From an uncultured Candidatus Rokubacteria bacterium (GTDB lineage Bacteria > Methylomirabilota > Methylomirabilia > Rokubacteriales > DASRDR01), in the NCBI GenBank assembly GCA_963708025.1, contig CAVPSB010000014.1, positions 288,001 through 352,000 on the forward strand: a DNA stretch of 64,000 nucleotides. The letters are read 5' to 3'. This document shows, in pieces, positions 61,709-64,000 of this stretch (within the stretch, counting starts at the first letter, position 1; every line of letters begins with the position of its first letter). The notes under the pieces are model-generated. The model saw nothing but the letters and a program-made list of their open reading frames with translations. It did no database searches and was not told the origin of the DNA. A program made the translations under genes and the position numbers.

Positions 61709-62529
61709 GGCCGGGCTCGCTCCGCCTCCCGCGCGGGGCGCTGGTCGGCCTCGTGGTTCTCGGGTGCCTGGCGGTCCTCGCGGTGCTGGCGCCCTGGCTC
61801 AGCCCGCGGGATCCGATCAAGACGGCGCCCCGCGAGGCGCTGGAGCCGCCGGGGCCCCGCTACGTGCTGGGCAGCGACCAGTACGGCCGCGACGTGCTGA
61901 GCCGGGTCCTCCACGGCGCCCGCATCTCGCTGCTGATCGGCTTCATCGCCGTGTCCATCGCGGTCGCGCTCGGGACGCCGGTGGGACTGGTCGCCGGCTA
62001 CTACGGCGGGCGCCTCGACGCGGTCCTCATGCGGGTCATCGACGTCATGCTGGCGTTCCCGGGGATCCTGCTCGCGCTGGCCATCGTGAGCGTGCTCACG
62101 CCGAGCCTGACCAATCTGATGGTGGCGGTGGGGCTCGCCGCCGTGCCGACCTACGCGCGGCTGGTGCGGGGCTCCGTCCTGTCGGCCCGGGAGAACCTCT
62201 ACGTCGAGGCGGCGCGGGCGATCGGCTGCCGCGACGCGCTCGTCCTGGCCCGCTACGTCCTGCCGAACGTGGTGGCGCCGATCATCGTGACGGCGACCCT
62301 CGGCATGGGGACGGCGATCCTGTCGGCGGCGGCGCTCAGCTTCCTGGGGCTCGGCAGCCAGCCGCCGGAGCCGGAGTGGGGCCGGATGCTGAGCGAGGGG
62401 CGCGACTACCTGCGGGAGGCGTGGTGGATCTCGACGTTCCCGGGGCTCGGCATCATGCTCACCGTGCTGGCCATGAACCTCCTGGGTGACGGCCTGCGCG
62501 ACGTCCTCGACCCGCGGCTGAAGGTGTAG
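61675..62529 (+). CDS. peptide ABC permease DppC-like; start uncertain
   Basis: LGSDQYGRDVLSR, AFPGILLA, LSFLGLG, PEWG, GDGLRDVLDPR. Confidence 0.9.
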   Translation: MPSSTRASAPLGPGSLRLPRGALVGLVVLGCLAVLAVLAPWLSPRDPIKTAPREALEPPGPRYVLGSDQYGRDVLSRVLHGARISLLIGFIAVSIAVALGTPVGLVAGYYGGRLDAVLMRVIDVMLAFPGILLALAIVSVLTPSLTNLMVAVGLAAVPTYARLVRGSVLSARENLYVEAARAIGCRDALVLARYVLPNVVAPIIVTATLGMGTAILSAAALSFLGLGSQPPEPEWGRMLSEGRDYLREAWWISTFPGLGIMLTVLAMNLLGDGLRDVLDPRLKV

Positions 62530-62534
62530 CGCGC

Positions 62535-63354
62535 GTGGACGAGTTCACCGAGGCCAACCGCCGCCTCTGGAACGCCTGGGCGCCGTACCACGTCGGGTCG
62601 CCGTTCTACGACGTCGAGGGCTTCAAGGCCGGGCGCCGCAGCAGGCGGGCGGGGCTCGACGCGCTGGAGATCGCCCTGGTCGGGGACGTGACCGGTAAGA
62701 GGCTGCTCCACCTGCAGTGCCACTTCGGCCTGGACAGCCTCGCCTGGGCGCGCCGGGGCGCGATCGTCACGGGCGTCGACTTCGCCGAGGCGGCCATCGA
62801 GGCGGCCCGGACGCTGGCGGCCGAGACCGGGATCCCGGCCCGGTTCGTCCGGAGCGACGTCTACGACCTGCCCGCCCACCTCGAGGGCGAGTTCGACGTC
62901 GTGTTCACCTCGCACGGCGTGCTCGGCTGGCTGCCCGACCTCGACGCGCTGGGCCCGGGTGATCGCGCACTTCCTCGCACCGGGCGGCCGATTTCACGTG
63001 ATCGAGGCCCACCCGTTCGCGCTGATCTTCGACGACCGGCGGGACGATCGGGAGCTGCGGCTGCTCTACCCCTACTTCGGCGGCCCCGAGCCGTTGCGGG
63101 AAGAGCGGGAGGGCTCCTACGCGGCGCCCGACGCGCCGATCCACAGCGTCGAGTACGTCTGGATCCATCCGCTGGCCGAGGTCTTCGGGTCGCTCCTGCG
63201 GGCCGGGCTCTCCATCGAGGCGTTCGCGGAGTACCCGTATGCCGGCTGGCCGATCGTCCCCTGGATGGAGCAGCGGGCGGACGGCGCCTGGCAGCTCCCG
63301 GGCGGCGCCGGGAGCCTGCCCCTGATGTTCTCGCTCAGCGCCTCGAAGAGGTGA
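62535..63354 (+). CDS. class I SAM-dependent methyltransferase, frameshift near 62950
   Basis: LLHLQCHFG, TGVDF, FDVVFTSHGVLGWLPDL; next frame LAPGG...HP, LPLMFSL. Confidence 0.88.
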
Positions 63355-63384
63355 CAGCGTCCGGGGCGATCAGCTCGTCCGGCT

Positions 63385-63464
63385 CCCCCCTCCCCCCCGG
63401 CCAAAGGCCGAAGGCCGTCAACCTTGGGGGAGGGCGGTTGGGGGGGTAGGAGGGAGGTCCCGAA
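63385..63464. repeat. palindromic repeat, family A, with internal GGCCGAAGGCC hairpin
   Basis: related to 3556-3613; 63401-63419 is the exact reverse complement of 14420-14438. Confidence 0.65.
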
Positions 63465-64000
63465 AATCGACGGCGGTGGTGTTGCCGCCGCTGACGACGA
63501 CCCCGACGCGCTCCCCGGGCGCGGGCGCGTAGCCGCCGGAGAGCAGGCCGGCCAGCGCGGCCGCGCCGCCGGGCTCGGCGACCACTCGCAGGGAGGACCA
63601 CAGGGCCTCCTGGGCCTGGCGGATGGCGGCATCGTCCACCAGGACGACGCGCTCGACGTGGGCCCGGGCGATCGGGAACATCAGCTCGCCGACCCGGCGC
63701 GGCGCCAGCGAGTCCGCCGCGATGCTGCCCGTCTCGGCGTCCACCGGCCGTCCGGCCCGGAGCGCCTCGGCCAGCGTCGGGGCGGCCCGGGGCTCGACGC
63801 CGACGATCCTCGCGGTCCCCGCGTACCAGGCCGCGATGCCGCCGATCAGCCCGCCGCCCCCCACCGCCACCAGCACCGTGTCGAGGCCCGGCGCCTGGGC
63901 GGCCAGCTCCAGGCCGAGGGTCCCCTGGCCGAGCAGCGTCTCGACCGGTCGAAGGCGTGGACCGGCAGCGCGCCCGACTCCGCGACCCACGCCTCGCTGG
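63418..64000 (-). CDS. PLP-dependent threonine/serine dehydratase (5' part outside window; frameshift near 63945)
   Basis: GQGTLGLEL, VAVGGGGLIGG, VGVEP, VAEPGGAA, VVSGGN. Confidence 0.9.
   Translation of the reverse strand, partial: QRGVGRGVGRAAGPRLRPVETLLGQGTLGLELAAQAPGLDTVLVAVGGGGLIGGIAAWYAGTARIVGVEPRAAPTLAEALRAGRPVDAETGSIAADSLAPRRVGELMFPIARAHVERVVLVDDAAIRQAQEALWSSLRVVAEPGGAAALAGLLSGGYAPAPGERVGVVVSGGNTTAVDFRDLPPTPPTALPQG

Noticed and set aside
60786-62489. 567-aa extended DppB
   Set aside because: A probable 1-nt loss near 61700 skips the TAG at 61706-61708; the extension overlays dppC out of frame

Overview
Very GC-rich (by eye about 70-73%) bacterial chromosomal window. The repeat families and gene content resemble Ca. 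Rokubacteria/Methylomirabilota genomes (inference only). It is mostly metabolic and transport genes: malQ; a bcp/trxA/Prx5 redox cluster; a UPF0182 membrane protein; a molybdopterin oxidoreductase; a fucose-like oxidative sugar cluster; an FdrA/DUF1116/carbamate kinase/triuret hydrolase/permease operon; a GH13 amylase; a 7-repeat Calx-beta surface protein; TctABC, sugar, amino-acid, polyamine-type and peptide transporters; a VapBC pair; a Rieske oxygenase; and a planctomycete-type DUF1553/DUF1501 pair. Many genes carry single-base frameshifts, which look like long-read consensus errors. The best leads are three. (1) The operon couples a triuret hydrolase (TrtA signature residues) to YahF/YahG-like (AllF/AllG) carbamoyltransferase subunits and carbamate kinase, which may define an ATP-yielding triuret/biuret pathway. 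(2) An unannotated membrane-targeted uORF ending in RSPP lies upstream of a hairpin-occluded RBS of UPF0182, a candidate arrest-peptide regulator. (3) A 4.6-kb islet is bounded by a duplicated SDR 3' end. Several gene remnants (ParB, TOPRIM, PD-(D/E)XK nuclease, GT2, CocE, IS91, APH) and palindromic repeat families are also present. No rRNA, tRNA or CRISPR array was seen. All calls come from motif recognition by eye; no searches were run.
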